The notes: generated by a model from the sequence alone, not told the origin. A stretch of 64,000 nucleotides of DNA from Psammoneis japonica (GCA_008632985.1 QPGO01000015.1:311998-375997), one strand, 5' to 3'; positions 12,777 to 26,496 are shown, counted from the stretch's first letter. Made by a program: numbers and translations.

Positions 12777-14511
12777 TCAACGACGACCGTGCAAATTACT
12801 GCTCATTTCAATTGTCTTCGGAGATGTTGTGAGGAAGGGGTCAACTTCTTTGCCTCGAGCCTTCTTCTTCCTCGAGTCCTTGTGCTTCAAATTCTCCCAT
12901 TCCACGCGAAGCAAGTTCCATATCGCTCGCCTACATGAAGCCATGCACAATCGTAAGTGACACATAATTGCAAGGGAATTTGTAACAAGTACATCATTCC
13001 GTGACGGACAGCAGAAAACCTACCGAAAGACTTCAAGAAACTGCGTTGCAAGGACAAAGTGGTCCTTACTGGGGAACCATGATTCTTGGAAGCGAAGCGT
13101 CCAACTGAAGCGTAATACCGCGTCGGCTAAGAGGATCACGGTGGACATGAGGACGCCAAAACGCAACCTCGGACGGAGAAGTGCGTGCCCGCAACTTGAA
13201 GCCTTTTTTTCTGCAGAAGACGGAACACATGTGTAGTCAATAACAACAGATGGGTTCTGCATCATGCCCCAATCCATTAGGACGTCCCAGCAGAGTGAGT
13301 AAGTTGCGTTAATTCTGTAAAAGCCATAAGAAAACGAGGCAAAGTTATTCATTGAAATCTCCACACCAATATACCGGTAGCGAAGAACTGAGCACGCGAG
13401 TGAAGTACGTACACCAAGAGGATGATAAGCAAACCCTCTAGTCCCCTAGCGGTCTCCTCACTAACAGTCTGCTGAAACGCCGACAAACAAAGGGGCCAAA
13501 TACTAGTCGAATACTTAATGGCATTCAAGATGTGCTGGTACCTTTTCGGATCACTCTGCAGGGAGAATCGAGTCACAGAACAAAATCAAAAACAAGCATT
13601 GAGGCCAACGGCATACTGTAGCACGAATTGACAAAGTCCGCTGGCGATGCCCTTACCTTTATTCGTCCTACATTATACATGATCAGACATTGCCTGGCTC
13701 GAATCAGATACGGCACAGCCGCACACATTGATGGAATCAAGATTGTGTCCAATTCTTTAGGAACAGGATCTGGATAGTGAGCTGCCATATGCCAGAGCAT
13801 ACCCCAATCAAAGAAGACTTTGCTGAGAGAACACATTGCATCAGCAAAGAAAACATCAATAAAAGGGATGGGTCTTGGCCCTTTGGGGTCCGGCGCCACA
13901 CAGGAACATCGTGGGTTTAGCAACTCAAAAAACCGCTGCAAGACTATAACGCTGGCCCTTCTGAGCCACCGAGTAGAGGGAAGCGGTACAACAATACCAA
14001 TGGTAACTGCGCTATAGAACGCAAAAATGGCACCAATTGAGCTTCCACCTAGATGCTCGATCCAGACATAAATTGTCGTGTGAAGAAGCACCAGCAAAGT
14101 TACAGACAGGATCACAAGCTTCGGCCACGTGATCAAGCCACCCATGGGAGGTGTCTCGTCAAGTCCGGCGATAGTGTGATTCAGATTGCTCTCGTCAGAC
14201 GATTGTGCTTCAGTTCGTGTCTGAGAGGTGCCATTCTCCTCGGAGCCCACGACGAGTGCCTCCATGTCTGGTTCACTGTTCTTCCTACTCTTATCAGTAC
14301 CACCTTTCGCTGTCTTGGCAAGCTCTTCTTGCTCCTTCACCAAATCATGGTTGAGCACACGTGCATAATCAATGCCGAAGAGTCGAAACATGTACACGTT
14401 CATTCCCCACAGCCCGACACTTGCTATCAGAACGGTAGGCGATCGAAGCATGGCTTGAGCGGGACCAACTCCATCGCCAAAAATCTCTCCGACCTCTTGC
14501 GTTGACGACAT
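12777..14511 (-). CDS. EXS-domain (ERD1/XPR1/SYG1-type) membrane protein, 4 exons
   Basis: 'FIDVFFADAMCSLSKVFFD', 'PYLIRARQCL', 'QHILNAIKY', 'YSLCWDVLMDWG', 'DAVLRFSW' and 'LEVFR|RAIWNLLRVEWE'. Confidence 0.9.
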
Positions 14512-14881
14512 TATAGTTTGATGCCTTTCAGAACCGCCCTTTGTTGTGTGCACGTTGTGTAGTAACCCTAGTCTGATGCCTTTCTAAACCTCCCCTTTGT
14601 GTTGTTGCTGCATGCGTTGGACGAAAATATAAGCGCAACGCCGGTTGGAGGGAACTTGCGAACCCCGCACCGCACACCCACGCAGACCCACGGTCATTGG
14701 AGTGACCATCATACGTAGGATCCCGTACAAATTGTACATTCCATCACGTACGGTACTGAGCGAATCAGCCAACCTTTTTTTCGCTCACTTTTTCCGGCCA
14801 GCTTTTCTCATCATTCCTTGTCATTCCTAAATTTGTTCGTCCTGTCTATGTAGTCCTAGCTAGCCGTCTCTAGTAGCTACT

Positions 14882-14905
14882 AGAGAGAGAGAGAGAGAGA
14901 GAGAG
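14882..14905. repeat. (AG)n microsatellite
   Basis: Perfect AG dinucleotide run between the EXS gene and PRP6. Confidence 0.95.
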
Positions 14906-15093
14906 CAATTGAGCAAATAGACAGAAATATATCACCAGAGTTCCAATGCTACGCGTAGCTCAGTGAGGGTGCAAACGGGGATAGATTGAGTCATCAACTT
15001 GCCAAAGCCCCAAACGAAGAATTTTCTAGCTAGAATAGCTACACAGAAAACATCGCTGACAAATAAGCTTCTCTTCAATGATAAGTGCTGCCT

Positions 15094-17985
15094 TTAATTA
15101 ATCCGATCCTGGGTCGAGCGCAGGATTTCGTGAGCCACCAGCTCTAACTTATCTGCGGTGGATTTTCTTCGATTCTTCATATCTTTGGCAATGCTGCACC
15201 ACAACTCTCCGTGTGTTGGTTCTGCTGATACGCACCTTGTCTTCACACTCTCTTGTTGCTCCTTCGACCCGACCTCAAGTTCAAACGCGTAATACTTTGC
15301 CCAAGAGTCGCCAATATCTGGATTCAGAACCACCGATCGCTCAAACCATTTTCGAGCTTTCTCATTCTTCCTGTCAGAAAAGAATAGAGAAGCTACTGCT
15401 GATATCACGTAAGGATCGTCGGGACATCGTTTTATTGCAATGGCGGATTTCGATTTCTGTTCCACCCGTGGAGCCGTGACAATGTTTTCCGCGAGCAACA
15501 GCCCCGACGACGGACACTCTTGAAGAGCTCGAGCCATGAGAGTCACAGCAAGCCTGTCGTTCCCGGTTCTCCGCTCGAGTCGAATTGCCTCTATCCAGAG
15601 ATCTGGATTCATGGAATTCTCTAATCGAGCCAGCTCTAATAGACTACGAGCCTTGGTCACACCGACACCCGACGTCACACTGTTCGTGGGATCATATGTA
15701 TGTGCTTTCTCTTCTAGCCTACTGGCTAATATCCACAAGACAACACTCTTAGGGCACAGTTTGAGTCCCCTCTGATAGAACTTCCGAGCTTGTCCAAGGC
15801 TTCGTTTGCTCTTTGGTAAATCATCCGAGCATATTTGCCCGCCCATCATGTAGAGCTTCGAAAACTTCGGGTATTTTTCAATTCCCTCTTCAATGAGTTT
15901 CAGTGCATCTTCATAAAGCTCGTTCTCTCTCTCGAGAAGGGCTGATTTCATGTACACTCTGCCAGTCGGCGCACGTTCTCGAGCACGCTGCAACAGTACT
16001 CTAGCTCGTTCCACTTCTCCCGTCTCCCACTCTAACTTTGCCGCAGCCAACCACACCGCTTCAGAATCAGGGTTGGCAGCAAAAGCTTCGGTCAGAATTT
16101 CTCTTGCCTTATCAATTTCGCCCGCAAGCCAACGTTCTTTTGCGCGGAGAAGCCAAAACACTTCAGCGCGAGGCAGCCGCTCTGCGGAGGCTGCCAAGAC
16201 TTCGTCAAGCGACTCGGGCGTACCATGCTTGCGTTCGAGGTCGATTGCTTGCATCCAGAGGCTCTTCTTATGTGGAAAAGCAGCTAGCGCGTTGCCAATA
16301 ATGGCTCTAGCGGTCGCAACAGCCTTTCGAGATAATGCCCCCTTCGCGTCGTCGGCCCATGTTCGCTGGCGATCTTCTGGGTCTACACCCAGACCCACCG
16401 TGTGCCGTGCAATAGAGCCAGCTGTAAGCGGCGCACCGGCATGCTCAGCGGCTTCTGCTTCTTGTAACCATTGGTCCCTGGTTACGACAGCGTCGTGCTT
16501 TGCTAGTGACTTGACAGCCTTTTCAACAATTTTATCAACGGTGTCGTTGTGGTTCTGCGATTCTTCTAGCTTGGCAGCAGCTATCCACACGGCACGTTCG
16601 CCGGGAAGAGCGCGTCGGGCCTGATTCAACACCTTTCGTGCATTCTCATACGTCTCAAGGCGTGCAAGTGCTAACCACATTTCAACCGAGTGCGGGACGC
16701 GTTCGACGGCAACAGCCAACAGGATTCTAGCGTCATCCGCATCTTCCAATTCAATAGCAGCCTTCCACAGGGTAACAGAAGCAGGATTGGACTCGAGCGC
16801 CTTTCTCAGTACAGCCTTCTTTGCCTGCTCATTTGATTCCAGGTCGGCGGCTCGCAGAAAAATCTTGACAGAGTGAGGGTTTTTCCGAACAGCTGTTGCG
16901 AGGATGCTCTTGGCCACTTCGGGTGGATGAAGACGCGCGGCTTCCAACCAAACATCATCGGATGTCGGACACGCCTCGCATCCTTCTTGAATGATTTTTC
17001 GTGCTTGCAAGATTTTCCCGGCAGCTTCCTCAACACGTGCAGATGCAATCCACCCCGGGCCATGCATGGGGTTGGTGTCGCGGACAGATTTGAGTAGCAG
17101 TCGCGCTTTGTTGATGTCGCCTACCTCTGCGTTACTCGATATTTGTGTATTTGAAAGGCTGGTGAGGTATCCCTTTGGATCCACGTTGGTTTGTCCAGAT
17201 ACAGAGTCTGAAATTTTGTCTAGACTCATTCCAATCAGTGTTCCTCGTGCCTCGGCCAAGCCACTCATGTTCGACACTGCAACCGAACGAGCACCGTCCG
17301 CAGCTGTGGTAGTTGCAGCTACCGCGGCGTTTCCTGCTGTTGCATCGGTGTTTTGCTTGAGACGAGATTCTAGAAGAGAGTCACTGAGCGGGGTAAAAAC
17401 ATCCTCTCGTCGTTTTTGTTTGTACTTGAGGCTGTAATCACCGACATCGGGGATGCTCGCCCATTCTGCTTCTGACACATCAGCCAGTTTTTCCTTGAGC
17501 TCTCGGAACTGCGATCCAATCTTGGCTCTAGCAGTATCGGCAACCTCTTCTTCGCCACCCCTTTTTCTTTTCTGCGAACGGTTGCTCATGCGTTCGTCGA
17601 TCGCAGCGTAAATTTGGTCTGCCTCTTCGTCATCCTGGTCGTACGGAGTCTCCTCAAACAGTTTTTCTGAGTAGCCTCCAAATGCATCGTAGCCGGTCGG
17701 ACCGGCGTCTGAATCCCCCATAGTCCCCGCTCCTCGTCCTGCACCGGCAACATATCCTTTGGGAGCGACTCCAAAGGCACCGCCACTTTGTTGCTGCCTC
17801 ATTTTCGCAGCCCGAAGCTCCGAAGCTCGGCTTCCACTGCCACTCGCATCCGCTGTTCCGCCAGCGCCCGCGGCAGGTCCAATGTCGGATCTTGTCGTGA
17901 AACCAGCAGCTCCTCTTCCGATACCAGCCACATAGCCCAGTGGAGCGGACTTACCCCTGCCGCTGGCTCCCGGTCGAAACGACAT
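15094..17985 (-). CDS. PRP6: Pre-mRNA splicing factor 6 (U5 snRNP, HAT/TPR repeats), intronless
   Basis: 'APLGYVAGIGRGAAGFTTRSDIGPA', 'YDQDDEEADQIY', 'VDPKGYLTSL', 'GDINKARLLLKSVRDTNP.HGPGWIASARVEE' and 'PDIGDSWA...EPTHGELW'. Confidence 0.97.
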   Translation of the reverse strand: MSFRPGASGRGKSAPLGYVAGIGRGAAGFTTRSDIGPAAGAGGTADASGSGSRASELRAAKMRQQQSGGAFGVAPKGYVAGAGRGAGTMGDSDAGPTGYDAFGGYSEKLFEETPYDQDDEEADQIYAAIDERMSNRSQKRKRGGEEEVADTARAKIGSQFRELKEKLADVSEAEWASIPDVGDYSLKYKQKRREDVFTPLSDSLLESRLKQNTDATAGNAAVAATTTAADGARSVAVSNMSGLAEARGTLIGMSLDKISDSVSGQTNVDPKGYLTSLSNTQISSNAEVGDINKARLLLKSVRDTNPMHGPGWIASARVEEAAGKILQARKIIQEGCEACPTSDDVWLEAARLHPPEVAKSILATAVRKNPHSVKIFLRAADLESNEQAKKAVLRKALESNPASVTLWKAAIELEDADDARILLAVAVERVPHSVEMWLALARLETYENARKVLNQARRALPGERAVWIAAAKLEESQNHNDTVDKIVEKAVKSLAKHDAVVTRDQWLQEAEAAEHAGAPLTAGSIARHTVGLGVDPEDRQRTWADDAKGALSRKAVATARAIIGNALAAFPHKKSLWMQAIDLERKHGTPESLDEVLAASAERLPRAEVFWLLRAKERWLAGEIDKAREILTEAFAANPDSEAVWLAAAKLEWETGEVERARVLLQRARERAPTGRVYMKSALLERENELYEDALKLIEEGIEKYPKFSKLYMMGGQICSDDLPKSKRSLGQARKFYQRGLKLCPKSVVLWILASRLEEKAHTYDPTNSVTSGVGVTKARSLLELARLENSMNPDLWIEAIRLERRTGNDRLAVTLMARALQECPSSGLLLAENIVTAPRVEQKSKSAIAIKRCPDDPYVISAVASLFFSDRKNEKARKWFERSVVLNPDIGDSWAKYYAFELEVGSKEQQESVKTRCVSAEPTHGELWCSIAKDMKNRRKSTADKLELVAHEILRSTQDRIN

Positions 17986-18936
17986 GTTGACCACTGCTTG
18001 TCACTGGTGTCCTGTCGGTACTTCTATCACCATCTCTATTAGAAGTTCAAAGTACCGTACCGGTACTCTCTATGATACTGTGGCGTCTCGTTTTTTTGTT
18101 TGTTGTGCGCGTCTGTTCCATGATTTTGTTCCTTTTTCCTCAAAAGCTGAAAAAATCAAAAATAGAGGAAAAAGTAAATAAAAACGTTGGGGAAAGCATG
18201 TGCGCTCGTACGTCGTACGCCAATACTGTAGCCTGGTGGAGCCAGTAATGTTTCTAGAGTATGTACAAGTCAGTAATAAAAAGATGTAGAAAAGACGAAA
18301 TGTTTTTCCCATAAGTAGCTGTGGCCAATGAAATCGCATCTTTCTCAGTACTGAAAACGCGTAGAAAGTACGGCGGCATCAGGAGCGCCGATCACAAAAA
18401 TCCATGCTTTTTTCTCTCGTTGTTGAACGCAAGTCAACCAGCCAGGCCTGGTGAAGAGGAAGCTGTGTGCCACGGAGATATCAGCAGCGAACGTTATGTT
18501 TCTCCAAAATACTTCGAGAAGGCGTTTGATCAGCTCTTCGTGATTCAACTTTTCGACTTTGTTCGACAGCTCTTTCCCCGTTGAAACACGAAGATACTGT
18601 CCCCGCCCCGCATAGCGCTACATTGAGGAGCTTATTGCGGGACAAGAGGTAAGCAAGAGGCATTGTATCAACTCGATTTCGCTCTTCGTTGATTCTAGTA
18701 CCAAGGCCCTGTAGGAGCTTAGGTGAACGTATACGGGCTGGGAATTATGTCCACTCTAGAGTCAACTGTGCTGGTAGTCAGTGTGGTCGCCTTTCTTTGT
18801 TTTTGTTCATCGCCACATAGCGTCACGCAACACTCTCAACGTCTCTCTTTGACAACCTTATGACTGATTTTTTCAGGGCGAGTAGAAGTCTTTCGTTCTC
18901 TTTTCCACGATACGAGTTACCAACTAATATCTCACA

Positions 18937-21900
18937 ATGAGCGACTCAAACGACGACTCAAGCGACGGCGAACAAGTTCAGGAAGCCATGGCGATCGACA
19001 GCGATCACGATGACGAAGAAGAAGTAGAGGAGGCCCAAGTAGTGCTTGAAGAAGAAGAAGACGACGATGCTTCACAAGAGGCGCTATCGGAAGGTCGCGT
19101 TCTTCTTTCACCGAACGACGTCTCCGTAGATGCATCTACAGAAGCACCTACTCCAAATGATGCTCTGGAAACGCCACATGCCGATGGAGACGATGCCAGC
19201 CACGACGACTCGGATTCCAAGGAAGACCACGTGGTTGACGAAGACGAGGAGGGTGTTATGGCTGTTGTTGTTCTCGAAGACGATGCGGACGAAGAAATGG
19301 ACGATGAGGTGGCTCAAGCAGAAGTTGTGCAAGATATCGGTGCGGTAGATGATCACTCCAACACGCCGGAGAACGGGACCAAAGTTGGGCAACCCACCAA
19401 AGAGAGCTCCTCCAAGACGTCCAGCAGTAAGTCTCCGGGAAAGGTCAAGAAAACGAAAAAGAAGAAAACTAGCAAGCGCGGCCGTGGTCATCAAGGCAAC
19501 TTTGGCGGTGTCCCCTTGGAGCGCTTGGAGGCCGCTTCCACAGCTAGAGATTTGCTTCTGGATAGTGTTCCCCGCCTTCCAGCAGAACTGTCGGACACAC
19601 TCACGGTCCGCAGTTTTGGCCGTCTGCACGTCAAAGATTCAATCGAAAGCCCTTTCTCAACTGCAGCATCCTTGTACCCGGTTGGCTTTTCATGCGATCG
19701 CTTCGAGTTTAGTCCCGTTCACGGGCGCGTCCTGAAGCTTCGTTGTACCATCCTTGACAGGTCAAAGCTATCTGGCAAAAACAATGGAGCTTCTCCCGCT
19801 CCGGTGTTTCGTGTCATGTGGGGACGGGGGGTGGACGACGACTCTGCCGACGTGGACTATCCATATTATCCATACACTTCATCCGCTCCCATTGCCGATA
19901 GTGACAAGGTCGATGCGGTGGCAATGCCGTTGTCAGAAGACAACTCATCTCCTACGATGGCGCCCGAGGTGGGCATGAGAGTCAGGGTCCGTTTTGGAGA
20001 AGATGAATGGCACGGGGGGACGCTTGTTCATGTTGGGGATGAAGAAGCAGCGAGAAAGGAAAATGGGGCAAGTGTTGAGATTTGCATACAGTACGATGAC
20101 GGTTCCACAGAGGACGCTGCGTTTCCTGACCCGGATATCAAACTCAATCTCCCAGGTAAAAATCATGTTCTCGTCTTTCATTTTGTCATATACTGGCCTT
20201 TTTCATGTTTCAAAATCTAATTATTTTCTCGTTCTCCGTTTGACACACTGTAGGGGAAGAAGACGAGGTGACGCCGGAAGGTGTTGCAACCATATCTCAG
20301 TTGCACGGCAAACCTGTCACCTCGGTTAGTGGTGACACTCCAATTGAAGCGTGGGGGAAGACGCTTTTGGCACTGGGTTTAATAGACGAAATCATTTTTG
20401 AGTCTGCTATGAATGCGCTCTCAATGTCACGAGAAGAGGGTCGCGCCGAAGCTGCCGAAAAGCTCAAGTCACTCAAGGACCAAAGCCATCAATTTCGTAG
20501 CAAGAACGAACTGAAGTCGTCGCAGGAAGACGAGAGCGAAGAGCGTATTTCCGTTGACTTATCGCCAAAAAGTCAAGAGAGCGAAACGCGTACTTCCTCT
20601 CCTGACCCTTCCAGGAAGGCAGAAGCTGGTGATGAGAAAAAAGAGAACGACGGAAGTGACGATGAAAGGAAGGAGGAGAATGGCGATCATGAGTTAGAGA
20701 CGGCTGAGGACGAGACGGAAGAAGAAAAGGAGTTGCGCTCCAAGGTGGAAGGTGTCCGCGCTGAGCTGAAGAAGCTCCAGGCAAAGAATCGCGATGCTTT
20801 GCTTTCACTGACAGACGCCCGCATAAAGAAAATGGGCCCTCTCTTCTGCAATCCATTCCGTGAAAATGATCAAGCCGTTACTCAGCACTGGTTGTCAACA
20901 GTTATAAGGAAAGAGAAGACGAAGATGGGTAGCACAGGAAATAGAAAGAAGATAGTAACTCGAACGGACCTTCTTGAACGAAATGACACGTTTTACAGCG
21001 GGGAAATCGAAAGTCTGCTCGAGGGGCTTCCCGGGAGCGAGTATTGTCACTCATATGTGTTCCAAGAGTTCCGCTCTGGGGGCGTTGCAGGTCTCAACCA
21101 AGCCTGGGTTCACGAAGCTGAGCTTCGCCAAGAGAAACTCAGAAAAAGACAGTTGAAGGTCGCGAAAGAAGCGAAAGCCAAGGCGTCGCAGGAGCGAGAA
21201 AAGGAAATAAAGAAAAGAAAACGAGAGGAAGACCGTGATGCACGAAAGCGTTTGAAGATTGAGGAAGCGGAACAGAGAAAGAAAGCCAGAGTCGAAGATC
21301 GTATGTCAAGACTGAGCGTCCAAATTGATGATCGTCTCTCCAAAGAGGCGTGTTTCCAGCGCGAGAGGATTGTTCTCGCGTTATCGCGATCTCTTGGAAA
21401 GGAGTTTACTCGACGTCGAAGGGCCGCGGAGATTGTTGCAGGCAACCTTGTGGCGAATAGCAAGAAAAGTCAACGCCGGATACACTACGAAGACGTAAAC
21501 GGCGCCAGAGACTTGCCGCCACTATCAAAGATGTACGACGAAGAAATTCTGCGAGTATGGGATTTTATATCATCGTTCGGTTCCGCCTTTACATCATTGG
21601 GATTCATGAGTTCCTTGCCTTCGCTTGACTCACTGCAGGCCGCTGTTGATTCAATCAGAGGAGATTCTTCGCATGGAAGCCTTGAAAAGGCAAAATCGAT
21701 TGCTTCTCTGATTGACTTAGCTGTCGCCTTGTCAAAGCCACTTGCTGCCAGTTTAACTAAGCTGTTGTTTGCCAGTCTCATCGCGTTGAACCCCGGTCTA
21801 CAAAAAGACTATGGCGCATCCTTTTTTGCTGATATAAATGCAACGTCGAAAGACTCGATAACTCAGCAAGGGAAAAATGGAGAATCTTCCTCGCGCTGTC

Positions 21901-24900
21901 TCATACCGGTGAACAAAATGACGTGGCAGGAAGTTGCAAGGGTTGCTTTTCTTTCTGAGGCCCTCGGCGAAATCGGCTTCTCGCGACAAGAAACCGCTCA
22001 TTTACTTCGTGGGTATCGAAGTGGAGGCCACCCTAACTCAAAAGAAGCTAAGCGTTTACGCAGAACTGAAGATTACTCCCTTGCTATACTACGACAAATC
22101 ATGATTCAGTCCGCTGAAGGGACCCAGGATGAAAGCAAGAATGCAATGCTGGGGGGAAAGAATAGTTACAGTGTAAGGGTCCATGTCCCCTGCATACCAT
22201 CATGTTCTCCGTCTGAGTGGATATTCTATCTACACAACGTGAAAGCGCTGCCCAGCAATGCTACTGCGTCAATTCAGGCGGCTACAATCAAGGCGATTTC
22301 TTTGTTGAAGTCAAGAACTACTAGTTTGTCAGATAATGACTCAATTTTGTCTGATTTGAACAAGGCTCTGGCTCTACTCGGGAAAGAAGAAAAGCAAGAT
22401 GATTCCGGTGTTAAGGCGAAGCAGGTCGTGCTAAACGTCCTGGATCGTGTTACTGGTGAGAGTTACTCAGAAGAGTTTCTTGGCCGTGTCGTGTATCGAG
22501 ACATTCCAGATTCTGAGGTGAAGGAAGAAGAATCCGCGTCTCGCGCATGTTTTTCGACAAGCAAGTTGCCCAGGCAAAGAATGGGAATGCTTCGCTCTCT
22601 TGAATTATCGGGCGAGGCCTATAAGGAAATGGTCCATGCGAGAGAAGCATACATGACGGATGCGCTCCGGCTGAAGGAGGAAATGGATAGGAAGAAAACG
22701 AAAGGCGAAGAGGATGATGACGAGGAGGAAGATGATGAAGACGACGAAGGAGAGTCGAAGCCGCCGTCAAACGACGATTCAAAAGCTGTGGAAGATGCAA
22801 AGGCAGAAACGGAAGTCCCGAAGAATGAAGCCACGGAAAGCACGGCAGCTACTGGGCCTGCCTCACCAAAAGGGTCCTCGGATGAAACCGTCGCCTCCGT
22901 TGTAGAAAATGGTAGTCAGAGCGCTCCAATGGACGCCTCTTTACCAGGGAAAATTGGAAAATCTACTCAGTTCGATGAGTTTTGCGAAGATATACCGGGT
23001 GCCCATGAACTTATTCGGCGTTGCCTCGCGGTACTTCGGACTCTATGTCAGACTGGACCTGCCGAACCTTTTGTCTATCCCGTTGATCCGCAGGGATATC
23101 CTGGCTACTACGAAGCTTTGATCAAACCGATGTGCCTGCGTGAAGTTGGAAGGATTCTTCGAGAGGCTTCCAGGAGTGCTGATCCGCAGAGTGCGAATTA
23201 CGAACAGACTACCGAGGGCGCCGTTGCTCAATTCGGCAGGAACGTCCGTCTCATCAATCAGAACTGTTCTTGCTACTCCAACGTTGGTGCGTCCATAATA
23301 AGCTCCGCAGAGGAGATGCTTCGAATTTTCGAGCGGCTGTTTCTTGAATGGGTACTGGCCCCAGAACATTTGTTGCCTCCGTTGGATCGCCTTGACGATG
23401 ATCGCTGTGTTGAGTATCACCCCTCAGATGAAGACTCTTTGGTGCTACTTTGCGACGGTTGTGAGGGCAAGTACAACATGAGTAGACTCAATCCTCCACT
23501 TAGAGAGGTGCCGAAGGGGGATTGGTTCTGTCCGCGCTGTCTCAGCGGTCGTTGCTTTGAAGAGATGGATCCAAGGATTGGAAGGGAAGTGCCGTTGAGT
23601 TGTTTGGACTCAGATGGAGTTCAGTTGACCGGCGTCATCCGTCGGAGCATATTCAGATATCCAGAAGGCCCAGATAGCAAGCCTTCGATGATATACATTA
23701 TTGAGAACAGCGATGGTTTCGAGGAACAGTGGAGCTTGGAAGATATCGACAAACAATTGTCTCAGACTAGCAGCCCTGTTGCGAAAGTGCGATGTCTGGA
23801 AGCTGTTGCAGAGAGTCCAGGTTACAGCCGAGGAAATGAACGCGGATTGCACGCAGACATAGTGCCGGGACCGTTGAACCCTGGGGTGTCAGACGCTGCT
23901 GCCCAAGCCACTTCATCGAGTGTAGCGTTCCGGGACATAATTGCAGGCGCTAGCTCGCTCCTCCTGTTGAATCCAGAAGAGATGACAGCTTCAGAGTGGT
24001 CCCGTCTGTTAATTTTACTCACAATGAAATGCGCTTCCAGCGAGATGATGCTCGGCCTTGCGAGTAAGATGGAGAATGAGGCCGCACAAGATCTTGCAGC
24101 GCAGGTATCGGCATTTGGGAAAGTATCAGGTATCTCTGAGATCTTGTCTGAAATAACTGAGGTTGAAGGAGACAGTGACGCCGACGACGACCAAGTGGTT
24201 TCAATACAGAACAATCTTGCCTCGGATACTACACTTTCAGGGAAGGAGAATGTGCGCGATAGCGCTGTTGTTGTCGATGTTGATTCTACCGCTGACGTGA
24301 TTGTCGAAGCTAACAGTGTTGAAATTATTGCAGATGAAGATGCGATAGAGAATAAAACTGGGGATGCAAACACTGCAACAGAAGTGGTGGCTGCTGAAGC
24401 GGTTACGCTGAGAGCTTCTAGTGAGAAGGACGATACGAGAAAGAAGGAAAGAGCCGCAGCCTTGGCGGAAAAGGAGAAGCGCCACAAGACTCGGGAGGAC
24501 AGTATAGCGGCGCACTGCATTAAGAACCAGCTTCGCTCAATCGTTGCTTCATTCGAAGAGGATGCTGTATCTCAAGTCGTTGATTCAAGCATGGCGTCGA
24601 CGGAGCCTGGTCTCAGTTTTTCATCTTGTCGATGCCGAGGCGCGACTTGCCACTTTTGCGGCCTGTCAGATATTGCGTTGGGTACTCCTCTCCTTAGAGT
24701 CCCTGATCATCAGGAATGGAACGAATTTATGCCCCATGCTTTTCGTTCCCGGAGAATTCATCTCGTCGCCGAGTTTTGGAATAATAGGAAAAACCAGGGG
24801 ACAGCGCAACTCGATATGGACGGTGTAGTGTTTTCGCCATCCCGCACAAGACGCCAGAAAAAACTTGTAGTGGTCCGTCTTCGTGTCGGGGGCGATATTG

Positions 24901-26496
24901 TCTCGACGAAGGACGAGTCGGGTTACTTTGACGATATTACCGACGGGGATATGCTCCAATTTCTCCCTAAGAACGAAGAGGGGTTCCAAATGGAATTGCA
25001 ATGTCGCGTTGAAACAGGCCTCCCGTTCACATCCGGTTCGCTGTCTGCACACGAGTGCTGTGCTGTTGCTGCACATGAAGCAAGGAACACGAAAGTCGTG
25101 CAACTCTACAAAGAAAATCGCTCACTCCTTGCAGAGAAAGACTGTGGAATCGCTTGCGGGCGGACACTTTCTTTGGGGACAGATGAAATGGGTAGATCGT
25201 ACTGGAAACTCAACTCCGATTCCGCTTCTTTGTTCGTTTGTCTTAGCAACTATGAATCATTCCCTTCAACGTCAACTAGAAAGTGGCATCGATACGCAGC
25301 ACCTGAGGATATCGCCAGTGTAATTGTTAGCTTGGGGAAACAGGAAGTAGCTCGTGAAATCAAGCGAACGTATCCTGAGTCTTCGTTGATGATCAGGAGC
25401 GGAAAATGGTCAGAGTTGCTGCAAATGCGTGTCTTCCCTATACACGGGAGTAGTCGGGATGAGTCGATGACAAATGATGTCTCGAGTGATACTGTTACGA
25501 CTATTTCTTTACACAAATCGGCAGAAAAGCAAGATTCAGAAGATAACGTCATAGAAAGTGACGAAGAGGTATGTCCTTGAGTTACTACGCTTTTCCTTTG
25601 TGTGCGGAACCCTCAATTGGAACCTTGTGTGCGTTCTTCGTTGTATATGAATTTCTGAAAGCCTTACGAAGAGGGAGAGGATGTTCTTGTTGAGGCGACA
25701 TCAGGGAAACTTCTCTGGGATGCGACAGTCGTGGGCGTATCAAGATCAAGGACGAAAGACAGAGTGAATGGGTACCGCGTTCATTATAAGGGTTGGAGCA
25801 GTCGTTTCGATGAATGGGTCAAACCGTTTAGGGTAGTTGAGGCGAGCGAGAATAACCTCCAGGTGCAGGTGAGTCATTGTAGCCGTAGTGGACGGGATGA
25901 TTTAGGCGTCGTCGCTAGGGGCATGATCTAAGTAAGAACCTAACATGTAGTCCTTTCAATCTTAGGAGGAACTCTTGGAGGAACTGTCGGCCGGCAAGGA
26001 TCAAGTTCCACCATCTCTGGATGGTATGGTAGCGTTGAAATTTTTGAATAAGAAGGATCGATCAAGAGGGCGAGCTGATTTGCCAAACTTCATTGGTGCG
26101 GCTCAAGTTAGCCCTGGCGCTTCTTCCGACTTAAAGACTTTCGCAGCAATGAAAGCGGCGATTCTTTTGGTGGAGTCTGCCTTGCCGATTGGCGCTGTTG
26201 ATTATTCCGAGTCAGGGCCTTGGAGGCCTTCCATGGCTTCAGCATGGCGATCGATCGTTCTGAACGCCAGAGGCCCTTCAAGTTTGATGCGATGTGTCAT
26301 ACTCTTAGAGGACGCCATAGATCCTGGATGGTTCGACGAGGACGTCGGGCATATGCTGTCGTGTATGCCAATAGGTTGGAAGGCAATAGGAGAAGCATCA
26401 ACTTCTTCGCTGGCGCTTAGGATTTTCCTGATCGACCAAGGTATCAAATACGGTGTGGTAGACAAGCACAAGTTTGCAACACGAAGGAAGAAGTAA
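18937..26496 (+). CDS. Large chromatin-reader protein (FYRN, Tudor-like, FYRC, DDT-like, bromodomain, PHD-like, WHIM/WSD, chromo-barrel), BAZ/MBD9-like; exons 18937-20155, 20254-25568, 25662-25868, 25966-26496
   Basis: FYRN 'VRSFGRL...LYPVGF'. Tudor 'VGMRVRVRF..W..G..IQYDDG'. FYRC 'GDTPIEAW...LLEGLPG'. DDT 'ILRVWDFISSF'. Bromodomain 'AEPFVYPVD...PGYYEALIKPMCL'. PHD 'LLCDGC...VPKGDWFCPRC'. WSD 'LGTDEMGRSYW'. Chromo-barrel 'YRVHYKGWSSRFDEWV'. Confidence 0.85.

Noticed and set aside
18649..18876. Possible 5'-UTR intron of the chromatin gene (GTAAGC...TTTCAG)
   Set aside because: The signals are plausible but there is no reading-frame constraint to support it, so it needs transcript data.
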